64,000 nucleotides of DNA from Macrostomum lignano (taxonomy: Eukaryota), in contig NIVC01002811.1 of NCBI GenBank assembly GCA_002269645.1, forward strand, positions 170,578-234,577. The letters run 5' to 3'. Below, one piece after another: positions 30,780 through 49,252 of the stretch. Below the pieces are notes generated by a model. The model saw only the letters and a list, made by a program, of their open reading frames with translations, made no database searches and was not told where the DNA came from. Position 1 is the stretch's first letter, and each line of letters opens with the position of its first letter. The translations under genes were made by a program, and so were the position numbers.

Positions 30780-31230
30780 GGCATAGGGATGAGAGATAAG
30801 GCTGCCAATCATATGGGGTGTGAATACGGCCAGTCTGTCTGCAGGGGCAGAGAGTGAGGTGGGGCCTCGAAGGGGTAGAGTGGAGAGATAAGGCTGCCAA
30901 TTATATGGGGTGTGAATACGGCCAGTCTGTCTGCAGGGGCAGAGAGTGAGGTGGGGCCTCGAAGGGGTAGAGTGGAGAGATAAGGCTGCCAATTATATGG
31001 GGTGTGAATACGGCCAGTCTGTCTGCAGGGGCAGAGAGTGAGGTGGGGCCTCGAAGGGGTAGAGTGGAGAGATAAGGCTGCCAATTATATGGGGTGTGAA
31101 TACCGCCAGTCTGTCTGCAGGGGCAGCGAGTGAGGTGGGGGCCTCGAAGGCGTAGAGTGGAGAGATAAGGCTGATATAGAGTGTGAAAACGGCCAGTCTG
31201 GCTGCAGGGGCACCGAGTGAGGTGGGGCCC
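30780..31230. repeat. 92-bp tandem repeat, preceded by a short (tctgg)n tract
   Basis: 92-bp offsets are visible in the ORF-track starts 30900, 30992 and 31084. Confidence 0.9.
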
Positions 31231-31777
31231 GGGGAATTAAGGGGTAAAGAAATTGAACTTGAATTAATAAGGCTGATAGCTATATGGGGCCTAGGATATG
31301 TACACGGTCAGTTAGGCGGGAACTTAGGATTAGGAAGGAGAAATAAAGCTTTGTAAGAGTTCAGACATGAAAGTTATTTACCACCTGAAAAAACGCAAAA
31401 TAAATAAAATTAAACAAAAGCACCCGGCATCCATGCACTACCGATTTGCAGTACATTTTTTACATGAATACAATTACATCTTAAAATCAAGTGGCAGTAG
31501 AAATGCGTTCAGAAAGAGGCTTTATTCTCAGCATGCGTTGAGCAATATGAAGAGAATAACAAACTTCAACTAACAAATAAGAAATAGTACTAAAAGTTCA
31601 GAAAACATGAAAATCACTAACTAAACCAATTCACTAGCATTCAAAGAGGTTAAAATGTTACGCCTATGGTAGGGAACTTGTAGTAGAAGTTTAGGCCCAT
31701 AACAGGGGATTGTTGATCAAGACTGAGGACCATGAAAGGGGACTATTGGTCTAGCCTGAGGACTATAAAAGTGGACT

Positions 31778-31975
31778 CAAGGACTACTCAAGTAGGGCGG
31801 GAAACTTCGTTTCTTAGAAAATTTTAGGAAGCAGGTTTTACCGATAAAAAACACAACGGAGATAGGGAGTTTTTATTTTTTTCAGCATAAAATTGTTATT
31901 GCTTTCGATATGAGGCAGACCCAATGTTTATCTTTTGATCTGTTGTGCCTTTCTTATAGCTTTATTGATATTCAA
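31778..31975. mobile_element. Degenerate left arm of MITE family A
   Basis: Starts caaggactactcaagtag and continues gtttcttagaaa, cggagatagg, gaggcagacc and gttgtgcctt, as in 11072-11270. Confidence 0.75.
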
Positions 31976-32039
31976 CTGTGGACCCGGCAGGTACATTTTC
32001 ACGCGCCAGTATCAGACAAAGAGTTAACAAAATCGCAAA

Positions 32040-33550
32040 CTAAACAGCGGCAGTCCGTCGCCTGGCAGCCGACTCGGAGGCGAGGCTGCCGGCCCTGTCC
32101 AGCAGGTTGCCCGTGTTGGCGACCGAAGTTACCGCCGCAGATCTGGCGCAATAGCCGGCCATCCTGACCAGATAGTCGGCAAACTGCCTATAATCGGCAT
32201 TATCGTTGCCATAGCAACCGACCGGATAAGGCCAGCCCGACACGGAGAGCCGCTTAGCCGGCAGCAGTTGAAGAGCCGAGCCGCTCCATTCGATTGGCTC
32301 CTCGGACAGCAGGAGCTGCAGCCGCCGACTGTCCTTGGCCAAGGCGGTCAGGTGCATCGGCGAGCAGCGCATCGCCACGGCCAGCGAGCGGCCGTTGTCG
32401 GAGTCGCGGTGGCGCAGGCCCAGCAGGTGATAGGCTCGGAGCCGCAGCCACTGCCGGCCAATCAGTGGCGGCCAGTTGACGAGCGGGCTGCAGGCGGCGA
32501 TGGCGGCGGCCGGCAGGACGCGCAGCACAGAGTGAGACCACAGGCCGGCGGTTAAGTCGGCCAGTAGCCGCAGCGCCGACCATTTCTGCAGCGGGTCCGG
32601 GTCGCTGGGAGCCGTCAGCACCGCGCCAGATAGCAGCTCCGGTGCCAGGGTTGCCATAGCAACGGCTGGCCAGCAGGCCTGACCGGAGGCCACAACTAGC
32701 ACGGGCCGGTTGGGCATGGATCTGAGAGCGCGGTTTCTGAGCAGCCGGCACAGCAGGATGGAGTTCTCAGCTGCCGAGTAGGAGAATACCTGCGAGGATT
32801 AGTGAGGTGCTCAGTTGATGCTCGATTCATACTACTGACTGTTTCATTTCCTCGATTTTTATACTACTGACTACTTATTCGATTCATACTACTGACTACT
32901 CATTCGATCCATACTACTGACTATACCCTTGATTTATACTACTGACTACTCATTCGATTTATACTACTGACTACTATCTCGATTTATACTGACTGACTAC
33001 TGAATAGACTCATAGTACTGAATATTATACTTAACCGATTGACAATGACTACTCAATTGACTCATACTACTGAATACTTAACCGATTGACAATGACTACT
33101 CAATTGACTCATACTACTAATCACCAGCAGACTCACCCGCTCATCCTTAGCCGAGTGTCCGGGCGAGCCCAGACCCGGCCAGAGCGGCAGCAGCACCCGT
33201 TGGCCGGCCTCCTCCAGATAGCGGCCGAGAGTCTCAACCTCCGAGTAGCCGCGCCCAAACGGCGCCAACAGGAGGAACAGCGCGTGCTGAGACTGGTGCT
33301 TCTTAGCCGGCACCGGGCTGAGATAGTAGCGCAATTTGAACTGCACCCCGGTGTAAATAGCCCTGTGCAGCCAAGCGTCCGAGGTTACCAGGGTCTCGCT
33401 CAGCGGGCCCAGGTGCTGCAGGTATTCGCTGGCAGTTTTCACTGTTGCAGGGCCGCCAGTTCCATTGGAATTGTTGGTCTCGGGTCCGGCCGTGCTGGCG
33501 AGCTGACGGCGCCAGCAAAAGCGGCGCCACGAGAGGAGCCGACGCGGTAA
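32040..33550 (-). CDS. Divergent alpha/beta-hydrolase-fold protein (ABHD-like); exons 33550-33137 and 32789-32040; no genomic in-frame ATG
   Basis: Two GC-rich exons are joined by a phase-0 GT/AG intron. RVLLPLWPGLGSPGHS...FSYSAAENSILL...RPVLVVASG...APELLSGAVLTAP follows the motif order of ABHD hydrolases. The family assignment is by eye only. Confidence 0.6.
32820..33120. repeat. Degenerate ~22-bp repeat in the hydrolase-like gene intron
   Basis: Recurring cgattcatactactgactac. Confidence 0.75.
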
Positions 33551-33684
33551 CTGAAGGATTGGGTTTTTCAGCGATTGGAATACGTAATATGAACACTTAT
33601 AGCAGGTATTCTTTAGTTATAGCATAACAGGTAATACATGGACCTAAAAATACTCATGGAACTAAGGACGCATATTGCCTAACG

Positions 33685-34240
33685 ACAGCCTGATGGACCT
33701 AAAGACGGGCTGATGGACCTAAAAACGGGCTGATGGACCTAAAAACGGGCTGATGGACCTAAAAACGGGCTGATGGACCTAAAAACGGGCTGATGGACCT
33801 AACGACAGGCTGATGGACCCAACGACAGGCTGATGGACCCAACGACAGGCTGATGGACCTAACGACAGGCTGATGGACCAAACGACAGGCTGATGGACCT
33901 AACGACAGGCTGATGGACCCAACGACAGGCTGATGGACCCAACGACAGGCTGATGGACCTAACGACAGGCTGATGGACCTAACGACAGGCTGATGGACCA
34001 AACGACAGGCTGATGGACCAAACGACAGGCTGATGGACCAAACGACAGGCTGATGGACCTAACGACAGGCTGATGGACCAAACGACAGGCTGATGGACCA
34101 AACGACAGGCTGATGGACCAAACGACAGGCTGATGGACCAAACGACAGGCTGATGGACCAAACGACAGGCTGATGGACCAAACGACAGGCTGATGGACCT
34201 AACGACAGGCTGATGGACCTAACGACAGGCTGATGGAATT
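33685..34240. repeat. 20-bp minisatellite (aacgacaggctgatggacct)
   Basis: Direct tandem units. Confidence 0.95.
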
Positions 34241-34799
34241 AAAGAGGAGGCGATGGAAATTATGAAGGGCCGATGGACCTAAACACTAACTTGCTGAAAT
34301 ACCTTTAAAATTAAGCTAAATAAAAAGGAATAAAAACACGAATATTCCCTTGTCAATGGCGGTGTGTATTTTACAATCATTATGCTATCTTTACCAGCCA
34401 CAACACATCCAAACACACGATTTTATAATTGAGGTACACAAACAGAAAAAAATATTACAGAATAAATGAACAAAATAATTAGAGCAAATCTACAGTTTCT
34501 CTACACATTGTTTCAGAAGCTTACTACGAGTAAAATCGGGGAAAATCCAGGCGATTATCTGGTTATAAAACGGACTGAGCCAATGCTGAATAACTGAACT
34601 TTACAGAGCGCGCATGTAGAAACGCACTCCAAGAAATCAGCGGTGAATCTGCTTGTTCGATTGATGCATTATTGATTAAAATAGATGCGCTCGAGCCGGT
34701 TAATACTTTTTAGTAATTCTAAAGTATTAATATATTTGTACTGGAGTTCGACTGCCAGCTACGGGCCACGGCAGCTTGTGGAGATGGACTGAACTGAAA

Positions 34800-34876
<77 letters not shown>

Positions 34877-34887
34877 GACAGACAGAC

Positions 34888-34966
<79 letters not shown>

Positions 34967-35025
34967 CTAAGACAGGCAGACACAGACAAACAGGCAGACA
35001 GACAGACAGACAGTGAGACAGACAC
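34800..35025. repeat. (CAGA)n microsatellite
   Basis: Direct tandem units. Confidence 0.97.
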
Positions 35026-35704
35026 AATGGGAGACAGGCCAGAACGAGACAGGCATGCCGAGCAAGCCAGATGCCAAAACAAAGTCTCCAATTAACGAAA
35101 CCGGTAAAATTGAAGGCAATAAAAGGCAGACACACAGGCAAACAGCATATTTGGCCGAACTAAACCACACAGCGTGGTACAGACTCAGGCAAAATGATTT
35201 GATGCACAGAAGAAAAAACAAATTAAGTTTGGCAAGGGCCTGTATGAAAGAGACTGAAGAAATTAAAGCTACATACATACATATTCGTAAGCCTCACTGT
35301 ACACGTCTGGGAGTGAACGAACAAGATTAACATCAAAGTATGGGCTGCTGAACTTTAGTTTAATTAATAATAATTAATTAATAACAGCCTAGTCATAATT
35401 AGTTACCATAATAATAGAACTGAAGCCTGTACAGTACATGCATTATGACAGTTGAAATTGTTTGATTAATAGGCAGTATGACTCTGGTGAGATCGGGGTT
35501 CCTTTGTTGACCCAGAGAGTAGGCCATGTCAATGAAATAGGTCTGGCTCATACGGTTCTCCGATTCTCGTACAAAGTCACAGTCACACAGATACGCTCGT
35601 AATAAAGACTGCCAATGGACAATAGCAGAGCTACCGCGGGCGCGAAGGTCAAGGCAGGTCACGTCAGGAATCGTCCAACACAGACTACTCTGGGGAGGGC
35701 ATTA

Positions 35705-36190
35705 TCAGGTCAGGGCAGCACAGGCTCTACTCTCGGGGTCACGCCAGGTCAGGGCAGCACATGCTCTACTCTCGGGGTCACGCCAGGTCAGGGCAGCACA
35801 GGCTCTACTCTCGGGGTCACGCCAGGTCAGGGCAGCACAGGCTCTACTCTCGGGGTCACCCCAGGTCAGGGCAGCACATGCTCTACTCTCGGGGTCACGC
35901 CAGGTCAGGGCAGCACAGGCTCTACTCTCGGGGTCACGCCAGGTCAGGGCAGCACAGGCTCTACTCTCGGGTTACGCCAGGTCAGGGCAGCACAGGCTCT
36001 ACTCTCGGGGTCACGCCAGGTCAGGGCAGCACAGGCTCTACTCTCGGGGTTACGCCAGGTCAGGGCAGCACAGGCTCTACTCTCGGGGTCACGCCAGGTC
36101 AGGGCAGCACAGGCTCTACTCTCGGGGTCACGCCAGGTCAGGGCAGCACAGGCTCTACTCTCGGGGTCACGCCAGGTCAGGGCAGAGTCT
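35705..36190. repeat. 39-bp minisatellite starting at the PLEKHM2 stop codon
   Basis: Unit ggtcacgccaggtcagggcagcacaggctctactctcgg. Confidence 0.95.
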
Positions 36191-39100
36191 GTTCGCACAG
36201 CAGCGTCAGCGCCCTGGCTGAGGCGCGAAGTCCGCCGGCCCGACCTGGCGGCAGGCGGCGCAGCGGCAGCCTGGGCAGCAGGTGGCGCAGCAGGCGGCCC
36301 AGCCGGTTCCGCTCTTCGGCGGAGCCCAGGCAGATCAGCCAGGTGGTGGGAGGGCGCAGCCGCAGGGTCAGATAAGTGGGGTAGTGCGGATCGAAGCCAA
36401 TACTGCGGATCTCGTCTAAAGTGACTAGATCGACCGTTTCTACCTGGAAGTTTAGAATGAGAAACAGCTCAACTGCAGCTATAGAATGCTCAGATTGCAG
36501 CTCAACTGCAGCTATAGAATGCTCAGATTGCAGCTCAACTGCAGCTATAGAATGCTCAGATTGCAGCTCAACTACAGCTATAGAATGCTCAGATTGCAGC
36601 TCAACTGCAGCTATAGAATGCTCAGATTGCAGCTCAACTGCAGCTATAGAATGCTCAGATTGCAGCTCAACTACAGCTATAGAATGCTCAGATTGCAGCT
36701 CAACTGCAGCTATAGAATGCTCAGATTGCAGCTCAACTACAGCTATAGAATGCTCAGATTGCAGCTCAACTACAGCTATAGAATGCTCAGATTGCAGCTC
36801 AACTACTACAGCTATAGAATGCTCAGATTGCAGCTCAACTACTACAGCTATAGAATGCTCAGATTGCAGCTCAACTACTACAGCTATAGAATGCTCAGAT
36901 TGCAGCTCAACTACAACTATAGAATGCTCAGATTGCAGCTCAACTACAACTATAGAATGCTCAGATTGCAGCTCAACTACAGCTATAGAATGCTCAGATT
37001 GCAGCTCAACTACTACAGCTATAGAATGCTCAGATTGCAGCTCAACTACTACAGCTATAGAATGCTCAGATTGCAGCTCAACTACAACTATAGAATGCTC
37101 AGATTGCAGCTCAACTACTACAGCTATAGAATGCTCAGATTGCAGCTCAACTACAACTATAGAATGCTCAGATTGCAGCTCAACTACAACTATAGAATGC
37201 TCAGATTGCAGCTCAACTACAGCTTTAGAAAGCCACTATAATACGTACAGCTCAAATGCTACTTCACAGGAGCCCCAGATCCCGCCCAAGAGCTGCACTC
37301 ACCGTCCAGACACCGGGCACCTCGGCGCCCAGAGCGAGGCCATGCTCAGTAACCAACAGCGTCAGAATCTTTGAAGTGGCGCCGCTGCCGCTGCCGCCAG
37401 CGCCGCCGCGCACCAGAGCGGTGCAAATTGCCTGTTTCCAAGTGACAGCGCTCTGGCCGCCGATCATGACGGTGTCACCGCCGGCCAGCGTCACCTCCAC
37501 TACGGTGCCATTGTCGGCGTCCTGAACCAGGCAGCATCCCCGACAGCCGGCCAGCGACCACTGCGGCCCGCCGTCGCCCGGAGCGGCCAGCAGCCAGCCG
37601 CCGGAGAGCAGCAGTCGTCGGCGACTCCAATCGCCGCGCGGCGGCCGCACAGGCAGCCGGGCATCGAGCAGCACCTCGTGCGTAGTTAGCGCGTAGTGCA
37701 TCGGCGCGCCAGACAAATTGGGCGCCTCGGCGCGCAGCCATTTGCCCAGGCCGACATCTTGGCAGGGCGAGCCGCGGAACAGCGGCACAGTTGGCAGGCA
37801 GCGGCGCAAGTCGCGGGTCGCCGATTCGCCGATCGACTGGTCGACGCAGGCGACAAAATGGCGGGCGGAGCGGACCACGCCGACCAGGTGAAGCAGGTGG
37901 CCCTGGCCGCTCTGGCACACGTGATCGAGCGAATCCGGCCGCCATTCGCACAGCCTGCGTTAATGCGGATGGAATTCTACTACTTTTAGTAGAGTATGCG
38001 AGTTATCCGTGATCTACTGCTGTAATATTTAGAGTAATACTGCCACGTCAACCCTCCGGAATCCCCCGCTGCCAGACCCTCAACCCTCCGGAATTCCCCG
38101 CTGCCAGGCCCTCAACCCTCCGGAATCCCCCGCTGCCAGGCCCTCAACCCTCCGGAATCCTCCGCTGCCAGGCCCTGAACCCTCCGGAATCCTCCGCTGC
38201 CAGGCCCTCAACCCTCCGGAATCCCCCGCTGCCAGGTCCTCAACCCTCCGGAATCCTCCGCTGCCAGGCCCTCAACCCTCCGGAATCCTCCGCTGCCAGG
38301 CCCTGAACCCTCCGGAATCCTCCGCTGCCAGGCCCTCAACCCTCCGGAATCCCCCGCTGCCAGGTCCTCAACCCTCCGGAATCCTCCGCTGCCAGGCCCT
38401 CAACCCTCCGGAATCCTCCGCTGCCACCACCTCCTTGAAATCCTACAGTCCCAAATGTACTACAAGTTGATTACACGGTAAAACTGTTAACAATCAACAA
38501 TGAAAACAAAGGTGACAGAAGCAGACTCCGCACCTGGACAGAGAACCGGAAGACACCAGTCTAACCCGGCCAGGCGACAGGCACAGCAGGCAGGCCGCCC
38601 AGGCGTCGCCTCGCCACCACAGAGCTCTATAAGCTGCGCTGAGTGTCGCATCGCCCAACGTGTCCTGAACCTGACGCAACGGCAACGCGTAGTCGCTAGA
38701 GAGAGCCGCCGGTTCAAAAGGATTTGGCGCATCTGATGTCACTGAATCGTCCGACAAAGATTCATCAGTGTCAGTGTCAGCATCCGTTTTAGCTTTGGCA
38801 CTGGCTGCATCCGCATCCGCATCCGCATCCGCAATCGCATTTACATCCGTATAGGCATTCGCTTCATCTGAATATGTGTACATATCAGCATCCGCATCTG
38901 CATCCGCATCAGCATCCGCATCAGCATCCGCATCAGCATCCGCATCCTCATCAGCTCGCAAAGCCGCTTCGGCCTCTTGTAGTTCGTCGGCCAGCGACCT
39001 GGCCAAACTGGCGGGCTGCTGCTGGCCGGACCGCAAGAGTTGGTTGCCCGACGCCGCCGCCGCCGACATGGACAACGGCATCGACATTGGCAGCGGAAGA

Positions 39101-40582
39101 GACGGTCGAGGATGTCGCTGCTGTTGTTGCCGATTTCTGGACGATCGAACATCGCCATTCAGTTTGACAGGCTCAGCAGCAGGGGGCGCAGGTTGGCTGT
39201 CAGGTTGGCTGTCAGGTAAGCTGTCAGGTTCATCGCCATCGAGCCGCTGCAGCTGGTTGTGATTGTCGGCTAGCAGGCCAGCGGCAACGGGAAAACAGTC
39301 GGCATCGTCGTCGGAGTCCGCCAGCGCCAGCCGATAATAGTTGGATGACGAGCCACCGTTGACTGCCTGCTGCTGTTTCTGGCGATGCGTCAGCTTGCGC
39401 TCAACAACCAGACTGTCTTCCTGCGACATCGCGATACTGTTGAAATCGGACGACAGGTCCTGCTGCTGCGGCGGCTCGTCTGGCTGCTCGTCAGTCGGAG
39501 GCATTGTTGACGAAGATCTAGACGACGACGGCGGCTGTTGATCCTGAGAGGAGCCAGTTGACGACGCCTGCGGATGGCTGTTGGCCTCGGCTGGGTCAGG
39601 CAGAGCGGAGAGTGAGCCAGACGAGCTGGACTCGGTGTCGCCGCGGTGCCGATCGCGCCGGGCCGGGTCCTGACAGCCGACGTCCAAGAAGGTGACGGTG
39701 GCCCAGGACACGCAGGACAGGTCGCAGTGCTCCAGGCCGGCCAGCAGGGTCTGCAATAGGCGGGTTCTGTTGGCATTGGCCAGCAGGGCGTGCGGCTCGT
39801 AGAATTTGCGTAGCAGGGGGACATCGCCGGCAAGGCTGGCCAGATAGGACTCGAGTAGAGACTCGCTGAGAGCCCGGAACAGCCAGGCGCGAGCTCTGCC
39901 GTGATTGGTTAGGAGGTACCTGGGCAAAGATAAGGGATTGAACGGGTACACTGCTGAGGCATGAGCCTGACTGTGCATACGTGCAAACTGAGGAATATAA
40001 GCGTAGAATGGATATTACAAGCTGTGAGGTGTGTACATTGTGTGTGTACATTGGGGGGTAGAGAGGTGTGGCTGTAGGGCGGAAGATTGTGTGTACATTG
40101 AGGGGTAGAGAAGTGTGGGCGAGGGCGGAAGATTGTGTGTACATTGAGGGGTAGAGAGGTGTGGGCGAGGGCGGAAAATTGTGTGTACATTGAGGGGTAG
40201 AGAGGTGTGGGCCAGGGCGGAAAATTGTGTGTACATTGAGGGGTAGAGAGGTGTGGGTGAGGGCGGAAAATTGTGTGTACATTGAGTGGTAGAGAGGTGT
40301 GGCCTCAATGCAGGAGAATATTGGAAGGCAAAGGGCTTTAAGCTAGAGTTACCTGCTGGCTTTAATCTCCCGAATAACATCTTTATGGCTGAGCTCCACA
40401 AGCAGGTCCCAGTAGCCGCGCGACGGTGTCCTTAGGCCGTCAAGAAATACTCGATCTAGACAGTGACAGACTTTTTGCACGCAGGGATTGTCGCTGGTTA
40501 GAGCGATGCTCTCGGTGCAGATGCACTGGATCTCTTTGAGGGCGACGCTAAGCCGCTGCAAATGAGCGTCCTTGATGGACAT
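36177..40582 (-). CDS. PLEKHM2: PLEKHM2/SKIP-like RUN and PH domain lysosomal adaptor, about 844 aa; exons 40582-40353, 39919-38534, 37954-37303, 36443-36177
   Basis: The N-terminal RUN domain (CHCLDRVFLDGL...GYWDLL...TNHGRARAWLFRALSESLLESYL) parallels SKIP. It is followed by an acidic low-complexity linker and a C-terminal PH-like region (TWLICLGSAEERNRL). Phases are consistent (2535 nt). Confidence 0.85.
36465..37225. repeat. 33-36-bp minisatellite, PLEKHM2 intron 3
   Basis: Unit cagctcaactgcagctatagaatgctcagattg. Confidence 0.96.
38050..38425. repeat. 32-bp minisatellite, PLEKHM2 intron 2
   Basis: Unit ccctcaaccctccggaatcctccgctgccagg. Confidence 0.95.
40030..40300. repeat. 46-bp minisatellite, PLEKHM2 intron 1
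   Basis: gtgtacattg recurs every 46 bp. Confidence 0.92.
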
Positions 40583-40764
40583 TTTCGCGTTGAGCGCGAA
40601 AAAGTGAAACAATTGTTGCTTAACCAAATTTTGCTGGCATCATGCAGTTTTATGAAAAAAACTTAAGAGTGAAAATTATGTAATACAATTTTTAATATAC
40701 TGTGGTTTTGCCTACCAAATCTACCAATGTGCACGACTTAGCTCGTATAACTAACATTTTTAAA

Positions 40765-41885
40765 CAGTTCAGGCCATAGACATAGCAACTGCATCCAGAC
40801 CATGAGGCACTAGCTGACCTGCTCAACAACAACAGTTCAGGCCATAGACATAGCAACTACATCCAGAACATGAGGCACTGGCTGACCTGCTCAACAACAA
40901 CAGTTCAGGCCATAGACATAGCAACTGCATCCAGACCATGAGGCACTGGCTGACCTGCTCAACAACAACAGTTCAGGCCATAGACATAGCAACTGCATCC
41001 AGAACATGAGGCACTGGCTGACCTGCTCAACAACAACAGTTCAGGCCATAGACATAGCAACTGCATCCAGAACATGAGGCACTGGCTGACCTGCTCAACA
41101 ACAACAGTTCAGGCCATAGACATAGCAACTGCATCCAGAACATGAGGCACTGGCTGACCTGCTCAACAACAACAGTTCAGGCCATAGACATAGCAACTGC
41201 ATCCAGAACATGAGGCACTGGCTGACCTGCTCAACAACAACAGTTCAGGCCATAGACATAGCAACTGCATCCAGACCATGAGGCACTGGCTGACCTGCTC
41301 AACAACAACAGTTCAGGCCATAGACATAGCAACTGCATCCAGACCATGAGGCACTGGCTGACCTGCTCAACAACAACAGTTCAGGCCATAGACATAGCAA
41401 CTGCATCCAGACCATGAGGCACTGGCTGACCTGCTCAACAACAACAGTTCAGGCCATAGACATAGCAACTGCATCCAGACCATGAGGCACTAGCTGACCT
41501 GCTCAACAACAACAGTTCAGGCCATAGACATAGCAACTGCATCCAGAACATGAGGCACTGGCTGACCTGCTCAACAACAACAGTTCAGGCCATAGACATA
41601 GCAACTGCATCCAGACCATGAGGCACTAGCTGACCTGCTCAACAACAACAGTTCAGGCCATAGACATAGCAACTACATCCAGACCATGAGGCACTGGCTG
41701 ACCTGCTCAACAACAACAGTTCAGGCCATAGACATAGCAACTGCATCCAGACCATGAGGCACTGGCTGACCTGCTCAACAACAACAGTTCAGGCCATAGA
41801 CATAGCAACTACATCCAGAACATGAGGCACTGGCTGACCTGCTCAACAACAACAGTTCAGGCCATAGACATAGCAACTGCATCCG
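40765..41885. repeat. 68-bp tandem repeat, about 16 copies, between NTE and PLEKHM2
   Basis: catgaggcac recurs every 68 bp. Confidence 0.97.
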
Positions 41886-42524
41886 TCATTGTGAATTTAA
41901 GTAAAAAAATACATAATACAAACTAGAACAGCTTGGAAGCCAAAAATAACTTATATATTTATCAAAATGAAAGCGTGAAACGAAAAAAGCAATTCAGTCA
42001 TAAAGTTCTAAAATAGTCTGAATTTTTAAAAAACTAAACTAGGACATGGTTATTTGATATACGAATCAATCAAGAGAATGAATACTAATCAAATGGATTA
42101 GTAATGCAGAATGTTACATGGAATTCGCAGACCCGCACTACTAGATAAGAATGCAAGTAGAGAAACCAATACAATGCTGTGCATACGCTAGCAACTAAGC
42201 CAGTTGGTATCGAATCAAACGGTTAGATGAGCAGTAAAACCATCTACCTAACATTTTTTCTAAGAAATGCCGAGCAGTGTAACTATATGACAGCGCAGTA
42301 CTTGAGTACATTGGCTTAATAACGGCTAGTGTTTTCATAATCTACGAGTGGTATATAGATAATAAACATGTTAATCAATCATCTACTCGTAGCTAGATTT
42401 AGACTAGAAGTCAAGCAAATGTTCATTATAAAACAATCAAGCACTTCTTTGTTAAAGGCAGGTGAAAGCGCATTGAAAGCCGATTTTAAGACTACTTCCG
42501 GTAGGTTGCATGTAATACACTAAC

Positions 42525-42900
42525 CGAACAGCTGATGAAGCAGCTGATCAAACAGCTGACCAAACAGCTGATCAAACAGCTGATCAAACAGCTGATCAAA
42601 CAGCTGACCAACACCTAATCAAACAGCTGACCAACAGCTAATCAAACAGCTGACCAACAGCTGATCAAACAGCTGACCAACAGCTGATCAAACAGCTGAC
42701 CAACAGCTGATCAAACAGCTGACCAACAGCTGATCAAACAGCTGATCAAACAGCTGACCAACAGCTGATCAAACAGCTGACTAACAGCTGATCAAACAGC
42801 TGACCAACAGCTGATCAAACAGCTGACCAACAGCTGATCAAACAGCTGACCAACAGCTGATCAAACAGCTGACCAACAGCTGATCAAACAGCTGACCAAT
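42525..42900. repeat. 11-12-bp minisatellite built on CAGCTG
   Basis: Unit pair aaacagctgaccaacagctgatc. Confidence 0.93.
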
Positions 42901-43025
42901 ACAGTTGATATTTTTAAGGATAATATGTCTTTTAAAAATCGGCCCTCAAAAATATTGACAAAGTAGTTTGAAATTTGCATCACTGTTAAAAAAAGAAATT
43001 AAAAAATAATTTCCCCAAACAAAAG

Positions 43026-48687
<5,662 letters not shown>

Positions 48688-48751
48688 CTGCAATGCATGT
48701 TTGAACGGCACTCTTGAGGGGGAATGAAATCTTCTAGCTGCATAACATAAG

Positions 48752-49252
48752 CAAGGACTGAAAATGTTAAGGAGGCCAGGCCAGGTTTTACCGAAAAATA
48801 CTTTACGGAGATGGGGAATTTTCAGTTTTTTTCTGGACAAAACTTGCTACTGCTTTTGATAGGCGCGGCCTGACCCAATAATCATCTTTTGGTACGTTTT
48901 GCTTGTAAATTAGGATTCTATGATAATTTTATATCCTACGTGTATGTCCTATTTAAAATGAAAAATAAAAATGACACAGCTCGACTCATTCTGTTACAAA
49001 GTTTGTTACACAGTCAGCTAAGAATAACAAAACAGATTCATAAAACCAATGAGCCGAGCCGTGCCTTATGAATATCAATAGAGCTATAAGAAAGGCACAA
49101 CATAAAGATAAACACTGGATGTGCCTCCTATCGAAAGCAATAACAATGTAATATGAAAAAAGTAAAAGCTTCCTATCTCCGTTGTGTATTTTTTCGGCGA
49201 AAACCAGCCTCCTAAACATTTTCTAAGAAACGTAGTCTCCCGTCCTTCTAGT
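48752..49252. mobile_element. Degenerate, internally deleted MITE family A copy just upstream of the NTE acceptor
   Basis: The left end is caaggact. Internal ttaggattctatg and gattcataaaaccaa are shared with the intact copy. The right arm reads aaggcacaacat...tcctatctccg...ttctaagaaacg...cccgtccttcta. Confidence 0.75.

Noticed and set aside
35399-35662. 87-aa minus-strand ORF as a linking exon between PLEKHM2 and the hydrolase-like gene
   Set aside because: It lies after the PLEKHM2 stop, has no recognisable homology, and I found no phase-consistent splice path.
40765-41885. Regular arrays as possible CRISPR loci
   Set aside because: The units are contiguous with no unique spacers, there are no cas genes, and the context is a spliced eukaryotic genome.
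48688-48840. MSRKKLKIPH... as the NTE N-terminus
   Set aside because: It starts at a TTG inside a MITE copy, upstream of a good acceptor.
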